Of a stretch of DNA of 64,000 nucleotides, positions 47,015 through 57,108 are shown one piece after another. The position numbers and the translations under genes are program-made. The stretch comes from Verrucomicrobiota bacterium. GTDB lineage: Bacteria > Verrucomicrobiota > Verrucomicrobiia > Limisphaerales > AAA164-E04. The stretch's first letter is position 1; every line of letters begins with the position of its first letter. The DNA lies in the NCBI GenBank assembly GCA_047947115.1, contig CP170459.1, positions 2,112,001 to 2,176,000 on the forward strand, written 5' to 3'. Below the pieces are notes generated by a model that did not search any database, had not been told where the DNA came from, and worked only from the letters and a program-made list of their open reading frames with translations.

Positions 47015-49072
47015 ATGGCTAAAAAGAAAGATTCCAAATCGAAAACAGCTTCCCCTCAGGAGGTTCCAGCGGGTGAGAGTATGCTGGATATCCTGAATCA
47101 GGATTTTTCCTGGGACACCATCAAAAAGTTTCTGACCTACGAGATTCCTTCGCCTTTTGCATCCCAGCATACTGGTCTGGATGATGTGGAGCTTCGCCAG
47201 AATCACATGACCGAGAAGCAAATCCAGGAATACCGGGCGCGGAAGGCACATGTGGGAGACACATTTGGTGATTATCTGGTGGATCGAAGCATTATCACCC
47301 CGGACCAACTCAAGGAGGCGCAGACGTTCCGGCAAAAAACCGATCAACCACTGTGGCGCACACTACTTCATTTGCGCATGATCACTCCCCAGCAGTTGGC
47401 CAAGCTGCTGCGTCTGGACTTTCCGATTGGAACACTGCCTGAAAACGATTTCACCCAACACCTGATTCGAAAACGCATTGTCAAGAAGCGGGATCTGAAG
47501 GCGGCATGGAAGGCCGCTCAGGAGAAGAAAATGCATTTTCTGGACTATCTGCGCCAGGAGGACATTGCTTCCGATGAGGCCATTGCCCAAGCTCTGGCCG
47601 GTCAGCTTAATCTTCCCTATGAAAGCCTGGAAAACATATCGGTGATTCCCGAGGTGGCACTGGACCAGGTGCCCTATCACTTTCCTTTTCGTTACCACGC
47701 CATTCCATACCGATTTGAGGATAACGTCCTGTATGTTGCGTTTGCGGATGGGGACAATATTGTTGAAATGGAAGGGATGGGATTGTTGTTTGATTTCGAA
47801 ATTCAGCCGGTCATTGCCCCCAAATCCACACTCGATCGTTTGCTCAAAACATATGTGCCTCAGATGGATGCGGATACCGCGGAGGAGGAGGGCCGGCAGT
47901 ATGAGTTGCAGAATGAAATCGCCGACAAACCCGCTCCTCAACTGCTGGACATCATCCTCAAAGGCGTGCTGCGCCGGGATGGGTCCGATATTCACTTTGA
48001 ACCGCAAAAGGGTTTTTACCGGATTCGATATCGCGTGGATGGGATCCTGCATGACGTCCTGACCCTGCCTCGCGAGATCGCGCGCAAAGTGTTGAATCAG
48101 GTCAAAAACCTGGCCGAACTGGACATCGTCAATCCCATGATTCCCCATGACGGGCATCTGGTCATCGTCATGGACGACAAGGACATGAATTTCCGTGTCT
48201 CGGTCCTGCCCACTCCGGACGGGGAGAAAATGGTGCTGCGCGTGGTCAAAATGCATTTTGCCTTCAGCCGGTTCGAACAGCTTGGCATGGAACTGTCCCA
48301 TCGAAAACTGATGGACCAGCTCATGCAGATGCCTTCGGGACTGATTCTGGTGGCGGGGCCGGTGGGGTCGGGTAAGACCACCACCGTATATTCCTGCATG
48401 AACTGCCTGAATCCCTTCACCCAAAACATCATGACCATCGAAGACCCGGTGGAATACAAGTTGGTGGGGACCACCCAAGCCCAGGTCAATCACAAGGTGG
48501 AAATGACCTTTGCGGTTGGGTTGAAGGCCATTTTGAGGCAGGATCCGGACATTATCATGGTGGGAGAGATCCGTGACGAGGAAACCGCCAGCGTGGCTGT
48601 TTCGGCAGCTTTGACCGGACAAAAGGTGTTTTCCACCATTCATGCCAATTCCGCTCCCAATGCCTGCACTTCGCTTCAGTTTCTGGGGATTCGGCCGACA
48701 CTCATGGGACATGCGCTCGCAGGCATCGTCTTCCAGAAAATTGCTCGATTGAACTGTCCCCATTGCACGCGCGAATTCGATGCCGACACAGCCTTGAAAA
48801 AAGCCGTTAAGTGGCCGGCCGACAAACCCCTCAAAATCAAACAAGGAACCGGATGCCCCACATGTCTGCAGACCGGATTTCATGGAAGGACAGGTTTGTT
48901 TGAAATCCTGATACCCGACGACCATTTCAAAAATGCGCTGGCCCACAGCCCCACACACGAGGAAATCACCAAAGCCGCTTTGAAATCCGGAATGTTGGCC
49001 ATGCATGATCATGCCTCAGAGCTTCTGATCAAGGGCAAGATCTCACCCACGGAATTTCACCGCATTCTGTAA
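47015..49072 (+). CDS. GspE/PulE/PilB-family secretion/pilus ATPase
   Basis: SDIHFEP, RYRVDGIL, GPVGSGKTTT, TIEDPVEY, LRQDPDIIMVGEIRD, STIHAN, CPHC...CPTC Zn motif. Confidence 0.93.
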   Translation: MAKKKDSKSKTASPQEVPAGESMLDILNQDFSWDTIKKFLTYEIPSPFASQHTGLDDVELRQNHMTEKQIQEYRARKAHVGDTFGDYLVDRSIITPDQLKEAQTFRQKTDQPLWRTLLHLRMITPQQLAKLLRLDFPIGTLPENDFTQHLIRKRIVKKRDLKAAWKAAQEKKMHFLDYLRQEDIASDEAIAQALAGQLNLPYESLENISVIPEVALDQVPYHFPFRYHAIPYRFEDNVLYVAFADGDNIVEMEGMGLLFDFEIQPVIAPKSTLDRLLKTYVPQMDADTAEEEGRQYELQNEIADKPAPQLLDIILKGVLRRDGSDIHFEPQKGFYRIRYRVDGILHDVLTLPREIARKVLNQVKNLAELDIVNPMIPHDGHLVIVMDDKDMNFRVSVLPTPDGEKMVLRVVKMHFAFSRFEQLGMELSHRKLMDQLMQMPSGLILVAGPVGSGKTTTVYSCMNCLNPFTQNIMTIEDPVEYKLVGTTQAQVNHKVEMTFAVGLKAILRQDPDIIMVGEIRDEETASVAVSAALTGQKVFSTIHANSAPNACTSLQFLGIRPTLMGHALAGIVFQKIARLNCPHCTREFDADTALKKAVKWPADKPLKIKQGTGCPTCLQTGFHGRTGLFEILIPDDHFKNALAHSPTHEEITKAALKSGMLAMHDHASELLIKGKISPTEFHRIL

Positions 49073-49114
49073 GTTGCATTTCCTGAACAACTCCGTCAGA
49101 TTACCGGTGTTGTC

Positions 49115-50518
49115 ATGAGGGACATGATAGGCAAACAGAAACACCCGTGGATGCGTCAACTGGCTTTGGTTGGCGTGACGGCTGTTTTGTTGGTTTTGCC
49201 ATGTCCGGCGTTGCTCAGCGCCGAAGTGGCCTTGGGTCGTGAAAAGCAGACACTGACAGCCGACCTGAGAGGGGTGCCGCTTGGAGATGCGCTCAAGTTG
49301 GTGGGAGAACGGATGGGGTGGAATGTGTTTGTGGAGCCGGGTTTGGAGACACGTCGCGTCTCGACGCGGTTTACCGACCTTACCGTGGGTGAATCCCTGC
49401 GTCGGATCATGGGAGAATTGAATTACGCCCTGATCCGGGGGAGTGGGGAGAACGTCTCCAAACTGCTCGTCTATGCCACGAGTGCATCCAGTGCGACACA
49501 GGAAATTGAATTGTCCGGGCAGGTCGTCATCTTTTACTCCAAGCGCATCGACAACGAAATCATCGTGCAGATCAAACCGGGCAGCACCATGACCATCGAG
49601 GACATTGCAAAAGCGCTGGACGCCGAAATTGTGGGTGAGGTCGAAGGCTTGAACGCTTATCGATTGCGCTTCAAAGACAAGGCAAGCGCCGATGTCGCCC
49701 GTGAGCGGCTCAAGGGATCCGATGCCCTCCAGATCAGTGACAACCATGAGTGGGGACGTCCGGGGGACAACCAACCGTTTCTCCAGGGTGCGGGATCCGG
49801 ATTCTCACTCAAGCCCGGCAAAACCGATGGCAACGAAATCATTGTTGGATTGATTGATATGCCGGTGCAGGCCGGGGAAGGTTCATTGTCCGAGTTCTTG
49901 CTGCCGGGGATCACCATTGGGGACGGGACCGCAGCGCTATCCGACTTGCCCTCACATGGAACAAGCATGGCACAAACCGTATTGAAAGGCGTCGAATTGG
50001 GCAATGAGGGCCAATCCGAAACCTCCGTCCGCATCTTGCCGATCGATGTTTACGGGGGGAGTGAAACCACCTCCACGTTTCAGGTCGCCGCCGGCATCTA
50101 CGAGGCCGTCAAAGCCGGGGCCAGCATTGTCAATCTGAGTTTGGGTGGCACCGATGCGGCTCCCTTCATGGAACAAATGATCAGCGAAGCCTCACGCCAG
50201 GGAGTGCTTTTTGTTGGGGCGGCGGGCAACAGCCCCGGAACAGATTATACCTTTCCGGCAGCCTATCCCGATGTGTTGGCGGTGACCGCCGCAGGACGAA
50301 ACGGAGAACCCGCCGCCTATGCCAATACCGGAGATTTTGTGGACGTCATGGTGCCCGGCCGATCCTTTGTGGAATACAACGGAACCACCTACATGGTAAA
50401 CGGCACATCCAGTTCTGCGGCCTACGTCTCCGGACTCGCGGCCTCCATCTCCGCCACCACTGGCAAACCCGTCCGCGAAGTGGAACTCGAACTCCGCCAA
50501 AACCTCCCGAAGCCGTGA
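49115..50518 (+). CDS. S8 (subtilisin-like) serine peptidase with N-terminal STN/secretin-N0-like domain
   Basis: Triad GLIDMP / SHGTSMA / NGTSSSA; IVNLSLGG, AAGN, FPAAYPDVLAVTA; N-terminal ADLRGVPLGDALKLVGERMGWNVFVEP. Confidence 0.82.
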   Translation: MRDMIGKQKHPWMRQLALVGVTAVLLVLPCPALLSAEVALGREKQTLTADLRGVPLGDALKLVGERMGWNVFVEPGLETRRVSTRFTDLTVGESLRRIMGELNYALIRGSGENVSKLLVYATSASSATQEIELSGQVVIFYSKRIDNEIIVQIKPGSTMTIEDIAKALDAEIVGEVEGLNAYRLRFKDKASADVARERLKGSDALQISDNHEWGRPGDNQPFLQGAGSGFSLKPGKTDGNEIIVGLIDMPVQAGEGSLSEFLLPGITIGDGTAALSDLPSHGTSMAQTVLKGVELGNEGQSETSVRILPIDVYGGSETTSTFQVAAGIYEAVKAGASIVNLSLGGTDAAPFMEQMISEASRQGVLFVGAAGNSPGTDYTFPAAYPDVLAVTAAGRNGEPAAYANTGDFVDVMVPGRSFVEYNGTTYMVNGTSSSAAYVSGLAASISATTGKPVREVELELRQNLPKP

Positions 50519-50960
50519 GAAGTGATGCAAGGTGAACGAAACCCCTCATGTCACCCCAACGTCCTTCCAACGAGGCCCGCGGCACATGAAAGGGGTAACA
50601 CTGCTTTGCCGGCTATGCCTAAAATACAAATTTACTCTTCTCACAGTATTGCGAGTAGGTTTCCTCAGATGCTTATACTGATTGCCAAAAGTATGTGCGC
50701 ATAACGGCTCGCTGTTGCTTCTTATTCTCACGCCCGCTGCGCCAGGGACGCAGTGGCGCAGAGTTTTTTCTGAAATTATTTCTGGCAAACGTTATAGCTT
50801 GTCATTTGAAGTTTGCCCCCAAAGTATTCGCCTGCCATTACGGTGGCGATGAGTAGACCTCGGGCAATGGAATGCCGATGGCTTCCCGCGTTCCATCTCA
50901 TTTGTTCAGGAATATTTTCAGGACCATATTTGGGAACCGGGTGGCACCGGTCCCTCCGTT

Positions 50961-51899
50961 TTAAGGGGAGCGGTTGATGGTCAGGAGGGCGCTGTCGATC
51001 ATGTTGAGGGCGGTGGTGATGGTTTCGTTCACGTAGTAGAGGGACCAGGTCTCCTGGTTTAATGGGTCGTTTTCTTCTCTTTCGGGGTAGCCCATGAGTT
51101 CGAGAAGTTGGTAGGTGCGGGGATCTGCATTGTCGATGGTCACGGTGTATACCAGGGAAGGTTGAGTGTCTTCAGGTTGATTGATTTCTATCAGGAGTCG
51201 ATAGGGCATGGGTTTGCCCTGATCTGACGGGAGGATGTAGTCGGCGGGATCAAAGGAGCTGTTTTGGGTGGCTCCGGTAATGGTATCGACTTCGAGTTCC
51301 CTGCTTGGTTTATTCTCGGAATCGTCGGCCTCCTGTTTGGCTTTCTCCCAACCGCGCATTTTGAAGTCCCAATAGGGTAATGTCATGTTGCTTGAGAGTG
51401 TGTCTTCGGGTTGGTGCAAGGTTTTGATGTGATAGAATGAGGCGTTTTCAAGCCAAATGGCGACATGGGGCGGGGTGTCGGCTTTGAATGCTTTGCCTGC
51501 CCGAATGTTCAGGGTCATTCGGTAGTCGGGTGCAGGGTTGTAGTGATAGGTCATTCCTTCGTTTGTTACTTCAAATCGATCCATTGCGGGACCCCGATTC
51601 TGGCTCCATCCAAGTACGCGCTGGATGGGGGCCGGTTGCCACAGGAAGAGAAAACTTAAGCTCAGGGTGATGAAGCTTGTTTTCCAGATGGTGTTGCTTT
51701 TGATGTATCGGTTGAGGTGAGTGTGGTTGTTGATGAGATGTAGCGCGATGAGGCCTATGAAGATGAAACCCGTCAGGGTATGAAGTCCTGTGGTACGTAT
51801 TGAGAACGGTCGGGCGAAAGCCAGAATGCCGGATGCGGCAAGCACCATGAAGCTCAGTGCGGTGAGAAGTGAGACGAAGCTGCGTTTTGGGGGCTTCAT
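50961..51899 (-). CDS. Membrane protein: DUF4405-like (His-bearing TM helices) fused to DUF2271-like periplasmic domain
   Basis: Three N-terminal TM segments with GLHT...ALHL; C-terminal VAIWLEN..IKTL..LPYW..DTITGAT..IEIN. Confidence 0.7.
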   Translation of the reverse strand: MKPPKRSFVSLLTALSFMVLAASGILAFARPFSIRTTGLHTLTGFIFIGLIALHLINNHTHLNRYIKSNTIWKTSFITLSLSFLFLWQPAPIQRVLGWSQNRGPAMDRFEVTNEGMTYHYNPAPDYRMTLNIRAGKAFKADTPPHVAIWLENASFYHIKTLHQPEDTLSSNMTLPYWDFKMRGWEKAKQEADDSENKPSRELEVDTITGATQNSSFDPADYILPSDQGKPMPYRLLIEINQPEDTQPSLVYTVTIDNADPRTYQLLELMGYPEREENDPLNQETWSLYYVNETITTALNMIDSALLTINRSP

Positions 51900-51985
51900 G
51901 AATGAGCGACAGTTATGCAGGGGATTACCGGGAGATGGATCCGTTCGTTTTCAATCAGATACTCAGGCGGGGCACTGATTCGGTT

Positions 51986-53248
51986 TTAGCTTTGTGTTGG
52001 GACGATTTGTCCATGTTGGCGCAGCAGTGCGTGAATGTCGCCCAAAGGGACGCTCAGGGGTGTTGTGCCGGTTCGGGCGGCCAGTGCGGCAGCTGCACCG
52101 GCGGCCTGACCCATGCCCATGCAGGATGCCTGGACGCGCAGCCCGGAATTGGCAAGTCGATCACTGCTGACACAGCGGCCGGCAACGATGAGGTTCCGAC
52201 TGTCCTTGGGAATCAGGGCTCGGAGCGGAATCGTGGGCACTTTGCCCCGTTTCAGTGGCTTGGGTTTGACTCCGGTCTTGGTGTGGAGATCGACCGGATA
52301 GAAGGCGTGGCTGATTGCGTCCTCGAACACGCGACCATCGGTGTAGTCGTTCACAGTGATCATTGTTTCACCCAGGATTCGATAGGTCTCGCGGACTCCG
52401 GTTTCGGGTTGTAGATGCATCAGGCGTTTATTCTCCCTGCGCACTTTTTCAAGAATGGTTCTGCGTCCGGTCAGGTTGGCTTCTGTTGCGGTGCGCGAAT
52501 TGCTTGAATCAGCTCCGTGCACGTAGAGACGGTGGATCTGGTTTCTGCCGGGTTCGTGATGTTCACCCATCATGTAGAGGTAGGAGCCTGGTTGACGTTC
52601 CTCTTCGCGTAGTCGCTCGAAGCCGAGCATGCCCACCACTTCGGCGCCACCAGTACAATCGATGATCTGTTTGCAGAGCACCCGGCGTCGGGTGCCGAAA
52701 CCCACACAGTCAACCTGCCAACTGTTTCCGGTATGCGTTACAGTCTGGGGAAATTCGTAATACGCAATTTCGACGCCTGCCTGGGCGCATTTTTCTTCGG
52801 CCAGGACTGCGTATAGAAACTGGTTGGTGTAGATTTGGTTTTGCCAGTGGTGTTGCGGGACTTTGGCGAAATTTGGAAATGCGCCTCCATCGAGTTCCAC
52901 ACTTTCCTTTACCAATTCCCAACCGATGCCGGCGATGATTTGTTTGCCCCACGCATCGAAGAGACCGGGGAATGCCACACCGCCGGTTGTGGTCGTGCCG
53001 CCGAGTTGGCTGTTGCGCTCAAGGATCATGGTTTTGGCTCCTGCGCGCCCCGCCTGAATTGCGGCGACATGTCCCGCTGTGCCCCCTCCGACCACCAGGA
53101 CGTCGATGTTGTTGGTAATGTCTACCTTGGCCGATTCAGCGACGGGCTGCGCGGTGACGTGCGAGGTGGTGGCAATCGTCAGTCCCGCCGCGGCTCCCAT
53201 GACTGATTGCTGCAGGAATTCGCGGCGGTCTTGTTGAAATGGTTTCAT
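51986..53248 (-). CDS. Tat-exported FAD-dependent oxidoreductase (PF12831-like)
   Basis: DRREFL Tat motif; DVLVVGGGTAG, IIDCTGGA, GVRETYRI, IPLRALIP, LIVAGRCVS, CMGMGQAAG. Confidence 0.9.
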   Translation of the reverse strand: MKPFQQDRREFLQQSVMGAAAGLTIATTSHVTAQPVAESAKVDITNNIDVLVVGGGTAGHVAAIQAGRAGAKTMILERNSQLGGTTTTGGVAFPGLFDAWGKQIIAGIGWELVKESVELDGGAFPNFAKVPQHHWQNQIYTNQFLYAVLAEEKCAQAGVEIAYYEFPQTVTHTGNSWQVDCVGFGTRRRVLCKQIIDCTGGAEVVGMLGFERLREEERQPGSYLYMMGEHHEPGRNQIHRLYVHGADSSNSRTATEANLTGRRTILEKVRRENKRLMHLQPETGVRETYRILGETMITVNDYTDGRVFEDAISHAFYPVDLHTKTGVKPKPLKRGKVPTIPLRALIPKDSRNLIVAGRCVSSDRLANSGLRVQASCMGMGQAAGAAAALAARTGTTPLSVPLGDIHALLRQHGQIVPTQS

Positions 53249-53672
53249 GAGTCGTTGTTATGGATGAGAGTGGGTCTGGATGTTATGGGCTTATTGTATT
53301 TGGTTCGTGTCTGGATGTCGAGTTGGATGCTTTCGATGCGGTAAAAGCTTTATCCACATATTATCTCGAAATTGAATTAAAGCCGACACCATCAATTTAT
53401 TAGAAAAAACCCGACAGCAAGGATACAGCGGTGCTTGTGATGCACGGGCAAATGTTGCAGCAAAATTTGCTCTTGATTGCCGTTCAAAGTATTACCGTGG
53501 CACTTCAGCGGTCCGACAAAGCCATTTCCCATGCTCATTTGGGGGCGGTCATATCGAGTTTGAAATGTCTGTCCTGGCCTTTTGAGTCGATGAAAACAGG
53601 TTCCCGGTATGGACCAAAACCCGAGTAAATACCTTTGATTCGTCTTTGGGCTGCCATTATAGTGCGTCGTCT

Positions 53673-56600
53673 ATGGCGCAGTGTCATTTTATCAAAAAGT
53701 TGAGTGGGATCGGTCTTTCGGCCGCTCTTGTGGGTTCGGTGTTTGGTGCTGAATTGGGTTCGCCCGTTTCCGATCCGGAACGGGTCAAAAGCGCGTCGGA
53801 TGAGGGCCGAATGGCCATGCGTGGGTTTTCCATTCCCGAAAGGTTCGAGATCGAACTGACTGCCGCTGAACCCCATCTGGCCAACCCGGTCGCCTTTCAC
53901 ATTGATGAGCGCGGTCGATTCTATGTCGTGGAAACCTTTCGGCATGGCGCCGGTGTTCTGGACATTCGGGGACGTCGTGGATGGCCCAATCAGGCTTTCA
54001 TTGATAGTTTGTCCGAAGAACGACTGGCTCATTTATCGGACGAACTGCTGGACGCAGACCTTGCTTCCAGAACCGTGGATGATCGCATCGCCATGTTGCG
54101 CTACTACATGGGAGATAAAGCCGAACAAACCCTTGCGGTCGAAACAGATCAAATTCGTTTGATCGAAGATCGCGATGGGGATGGCGTGGCCGATCATTCT
54201 TCCATTTTTGCCGATGGATTCGATCAGATCGCCGACGGCCTTGCTTCGGGTGTGCTGGCCCGTAACGGAAAAGTGTATTTCACCAACATCCCCGACCTTT
54301 GGTTGTTGGAGGATCAGGATGGCGACGGGATCGCGGAGAAACGGGAGTCTCTCCATTACGGTTTCGGGGTGCGTGTCGGGTTTCTGGGGCATGATTTGCA
54401 TGGGTTGAGGTTTGGTCCGGACGGCAAACTGTATTTTTCCATTGGCGATCGAGGTTCCCACATCAAGACCAAGGATGGTCGCGTCGTTGGCTTTGCCGAT
54501 ACGGGTTGTGTGTTCAGGTGTAATGCGGACGGAACCGAGCTGGAGGTATTTGCCCATGGTTTACGCAATCCGCAGGAATTGACCTTTGACGCCTACGGCA
54601 ACCTGTTCACCGGAGATAACAATTCCGATGGCGGAGATCAGGCTCGTTGGGTTTACCTGGTCGAAGGAGGCGACAGTGGCTGGAGAATCGGGTACCAGTT
54701 CCTGAACAATCCCATGCCCAGGGGGCCTTGGAATGCGGAAAAACTTTGGCATCCCCAATGGGAAGGTCAGGCGGCTTACCTGGTGCCGCCTATTGCAAAC
54801 ATAGGCAACGGTCCCTCAGGCTTGACCTATCATCCCGGCACCGGGTTTCCGGACGCCTTCCAGGATCACTTTTTTCTGGTGGATTTCAAAGGGTCTCCCG
54901 CGAACAGCGGGATTCATTCCTTCCGCATGAAACCCAACGGAGCTACCTTTTCATTGGATCATCACGAGCAGTTTGTCTGGAACATCCTGGCAACCGACGC
55001 CGATTTTGGGGTGAACGGAGGACTTTACATCACCGATTGGGTGGAAGGTTGGAACAAGACTGGCAAGGGGAGAATTTATCGTTTGTTTGAGCCTTCCTCT
55101 TCGGAAGCCGACATTGTGACCCAGACCAAGGCTTTGATGGCGGACGGGATGACGCACCGGGAATTGAACGAGTTGTCCGAACTCCTCACTCATCCTGATA
55201 TGCGCATTCGTCAGGAAGCGCAGTTTGAAATGGCACAACGCGGAGGCTCATCCATTGAGTATTTCTCCAACACGTTGAAGCAGGCAGGATTTCACTTTTC
55301 CAAGCTACATGCTCTTTGGGGACTCGGTCAGATCCTTTCCACGGAAAGCTCCGCAGCCGGTCCTGTTCTGGACGCTCTTTATGCCGCTGAAGAGGAAGTG
55401 CGCGGACAAGCTGCCAAAGTTGCCGGCAATCATCGTCTTGAAAAAGCCTTCGGTCGATTGGCTGCTTTGTGTGCCAATGATCCTTCGCCACGTGTTCGTT
55501 TTTTTGCTGCGGTTGCCCTGGGCAAATTTGGTCACAAGGAAGCCCTGGCTCCTTTGGCGGCCATGCTGGAGGCAAATGGCAATCGTGATCCGTATTTGCG
55601 GCATGCCGGCGTGATGGGGCTGGCCGGATTGCAGGACTTCCGGTGGCTTCAGGAAATTGCCAGTCATCCTTCGAGTGCCGTTCGCATGGGGGCGTTGCTT
55701 GCAATGCGACGCTTGGAACGTCCTGAAGTGGCACAATTCCTCAAGGATGCCGATGAACTCCTGGTTACCGAAGCTGCACGTGCGATCAATGACGTGCCGA
55801 TCGAGGCGGCCATGAGAGATCTCGCGGATCTGGCATCGAGTCAGAACTTGAACGAGCCCACCTGGAGGCGTGTGGTCAATGCCAACTTCCGGCTTGGTCG
55901 TGAAGAATATGCCGATCAATTGGGGCAGATCGCGGTCAACGAATCCCTTGAACTTGCGATTCGGGCCGAAGCACTTGAAGCCTTGTCCCAATGGGGAAGC
56001 CCATCGGGGAGGGATCGCATTACCGGTATCTGGAGCCCTGTTTCCGGATACAGATCCATTGAAGATGCGAAGCGCGCGGTTCAGTCCGCCATGCCACGTC
56101 TGGTGGAACATCCTTCGCAGGAGATGATTGTTGCACTCATTTCCGCAGTGGAAGCCGTGGGACTGGATACCGCCGCACCCTGGTTGTTGGGAACCGTGCG
56201 CAATGATACTCTGAGTGATTCCACCCGGACCACTGCTTTGAAAGCGCTTGGTAATTTGGATGATGAGGACTTGTTGAAGCAGGCTGTGGAAATCGCACTG
56301 GAAACAGGTGATCGCCGATTGCGCCGTGAAGCGCTCCAATGGCAGGAACAATCCGCCGGCAGTCTTCAAACACTCAAGGAATCATTGGAAAACGGGGATC
56401 TTTCGGAAAAGCAGGCGGCTATTGCCTCTTTGGCAAGAGACACCTCCAGGGAGGCTATGGCTTTGGTGGATGCCTTGACGGATCAGATGACGAATGGGGC
56501 TTTGGATCAGGGACTTCAGTTGGATTTGCTGGAACTGATCGAATTCAAAGGTTCTCCCGAACTCCAGGCCAAAGCAAAGGCTTACACCGATAAATTGGTG

Positions 56601-57059
56601 CAACAATCACCTTTCAAAGAATTTGCCGTGACACTTGCCGGCGGTGATGCCGAAGCCGGACGTCGTATCTTTTTTGAGCGCGAGGAAGTGGCTTGTATGC
56701 GGTGCCACAAGGTCGACGGCAATGGGGGAGATGTCGGGCCGGCTCTGAATGGTTTGGTTACCAAGCAGTCCATTCATTATATTCTCGAATCGATTCTGTA
56801 CCCCAATAACGCCATCGCCGAGGGTTATGAGAGTGTTTTGATTGAAACCAAGGATGACAATTTTTATGCGGGAGTGATCAAGGAAGAGGATGGCGACAAG
56901 ATCATTTTGAATTCCCCTGAAGACGGTATCCTTACCTTGAAAAAGAGCAATATTGCCTCTCGCGAAAAAGGCCTTTCAGGAATGCCGGAGGGGCTTTATC
57001 TGATGTTGTCCAAACGTGAATTGAGGGATTTGGTCGCATTTTTGGGTAGTTTGAAGTGA
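53673..57059 (+). CDS. PVC-type heme-binding dehydrogenase-like protein (beta-propeller + HEAT repeats + cytochrome c)
   Basis: ANPVAFHIDERGRFYVVET, GHDLHGLRFGPDGKLYFSIGDRG, GLRNPQEL; HEAT repeats; CMRCH...VGPAL...SGMPEG. Likely ATG at 53673. Confidence 0.9.
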   Translation: MAQCHFIKKLSGIGLSAALVGSVFGAELGSPVSDPERVKSASDEGRMAMRGFSIPERFEIELTAAEPHLANPVAFHIDERGRFYVVETFRHGAGVLDIRGRRGWPNQAFIDSLSEERLAHLSDELLDADLASRTVDDRIAMLRYYMGDKAEQTLAVETDQIRLIEDRDGDGVADHSSIFADGFDQIADGLASGVLARNGKVYFTNIPDLWLLEDQDGDGIAEKRESLHYGFGVRVGFLGHDLHGLRFGPDGKLYFSIGDRGSHIKTKDGRVVGFADTGCVFRCNADGTELEVFAHGLRNPQELTFDAYGNLFTGDNNSDGGDQARWVYLVEGGDSGWRIGYQFLNNPMPRGPWNAEKLWHPQWEGQAAYLVPPIANIGNGPSGLTYHPGTGFPDAFQDHFFLVDFKGSPANSGIHSFRMKPNGATFSLDHHEQFVWNILATDADFGVNGGLYITDWVEGWNKTGKGRIYRLFEPSSSEADIVTQTKALMADGMTHRELNELSELLTHPDMRIRQEAQFEMAQRGGSSIEYFSNTLKQAGFHFSKLHALWGLGQILSTESSAAGPVLDALYAAEEEVRGQAAKVAGNHRLEKAFGRLAALCANDPSPRVRFFAAVALGKFGHKEALAPLAAMLEANGNRDPYLRHAGVMGLAGLQDFRWLQEIASHPSSAVRMGALLAMRRLERPEVAQFLKDADELLVTEAARAINDVPIEAAMRDLADLASSQNLNEPTWRRVVNANFRLGREEYADQLGQIAVNESLELAIRAEALEALSQWGSPSGRDRITGIWSPVSGYRSIEDAKRAVQSAMPRLVEHPSQEMIVALISAVEAVGLDTAAPWLLGTVRNDTLSDSTRTTALKALGNLDDEDLLKQAVEIALETGDRRLRREALQWQEQSAGSLQTLKESLENGDLSEKQAAIASLARDTSREAMALVDALTDQMTNGALDQGLQLDLLELIEFKGSPELQAKAKAYTDKLVQQSPFKEFAVTLAGGDAEAGRRIFFEREEVACMRCHKVDGNGGDVGPALNGLVTKQSIHYILESILYPNNAIAEGYESVLIETKDDNFYAGVIKEEDGDKIILNSPEDGILTLKKSNIASREKGLSGMPEGLYLMLSKRELRDLVAFLGSLK

Positions 57060-57108
57060 CCTAAGAATCGCATTGCTTAATCCCTGCAAGTTTGCCATTG
57101 ATCTTTTT

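Noticed and set aside
47363..49012. 549-aa antisense ORF (also 55305-56369, 37615-38475, 13773-14543 and 3632-4381)
   Set aside because: Shadow ORFs opposite well-supported genes, with no recognisable motifs.
53350..53358. Perfect DnaA box TTATCCACA in an AT-rich divergent intergenic region
   Set aside because: Single box, no cluster and no dnaA/dnaN context; insufficient for oriC.
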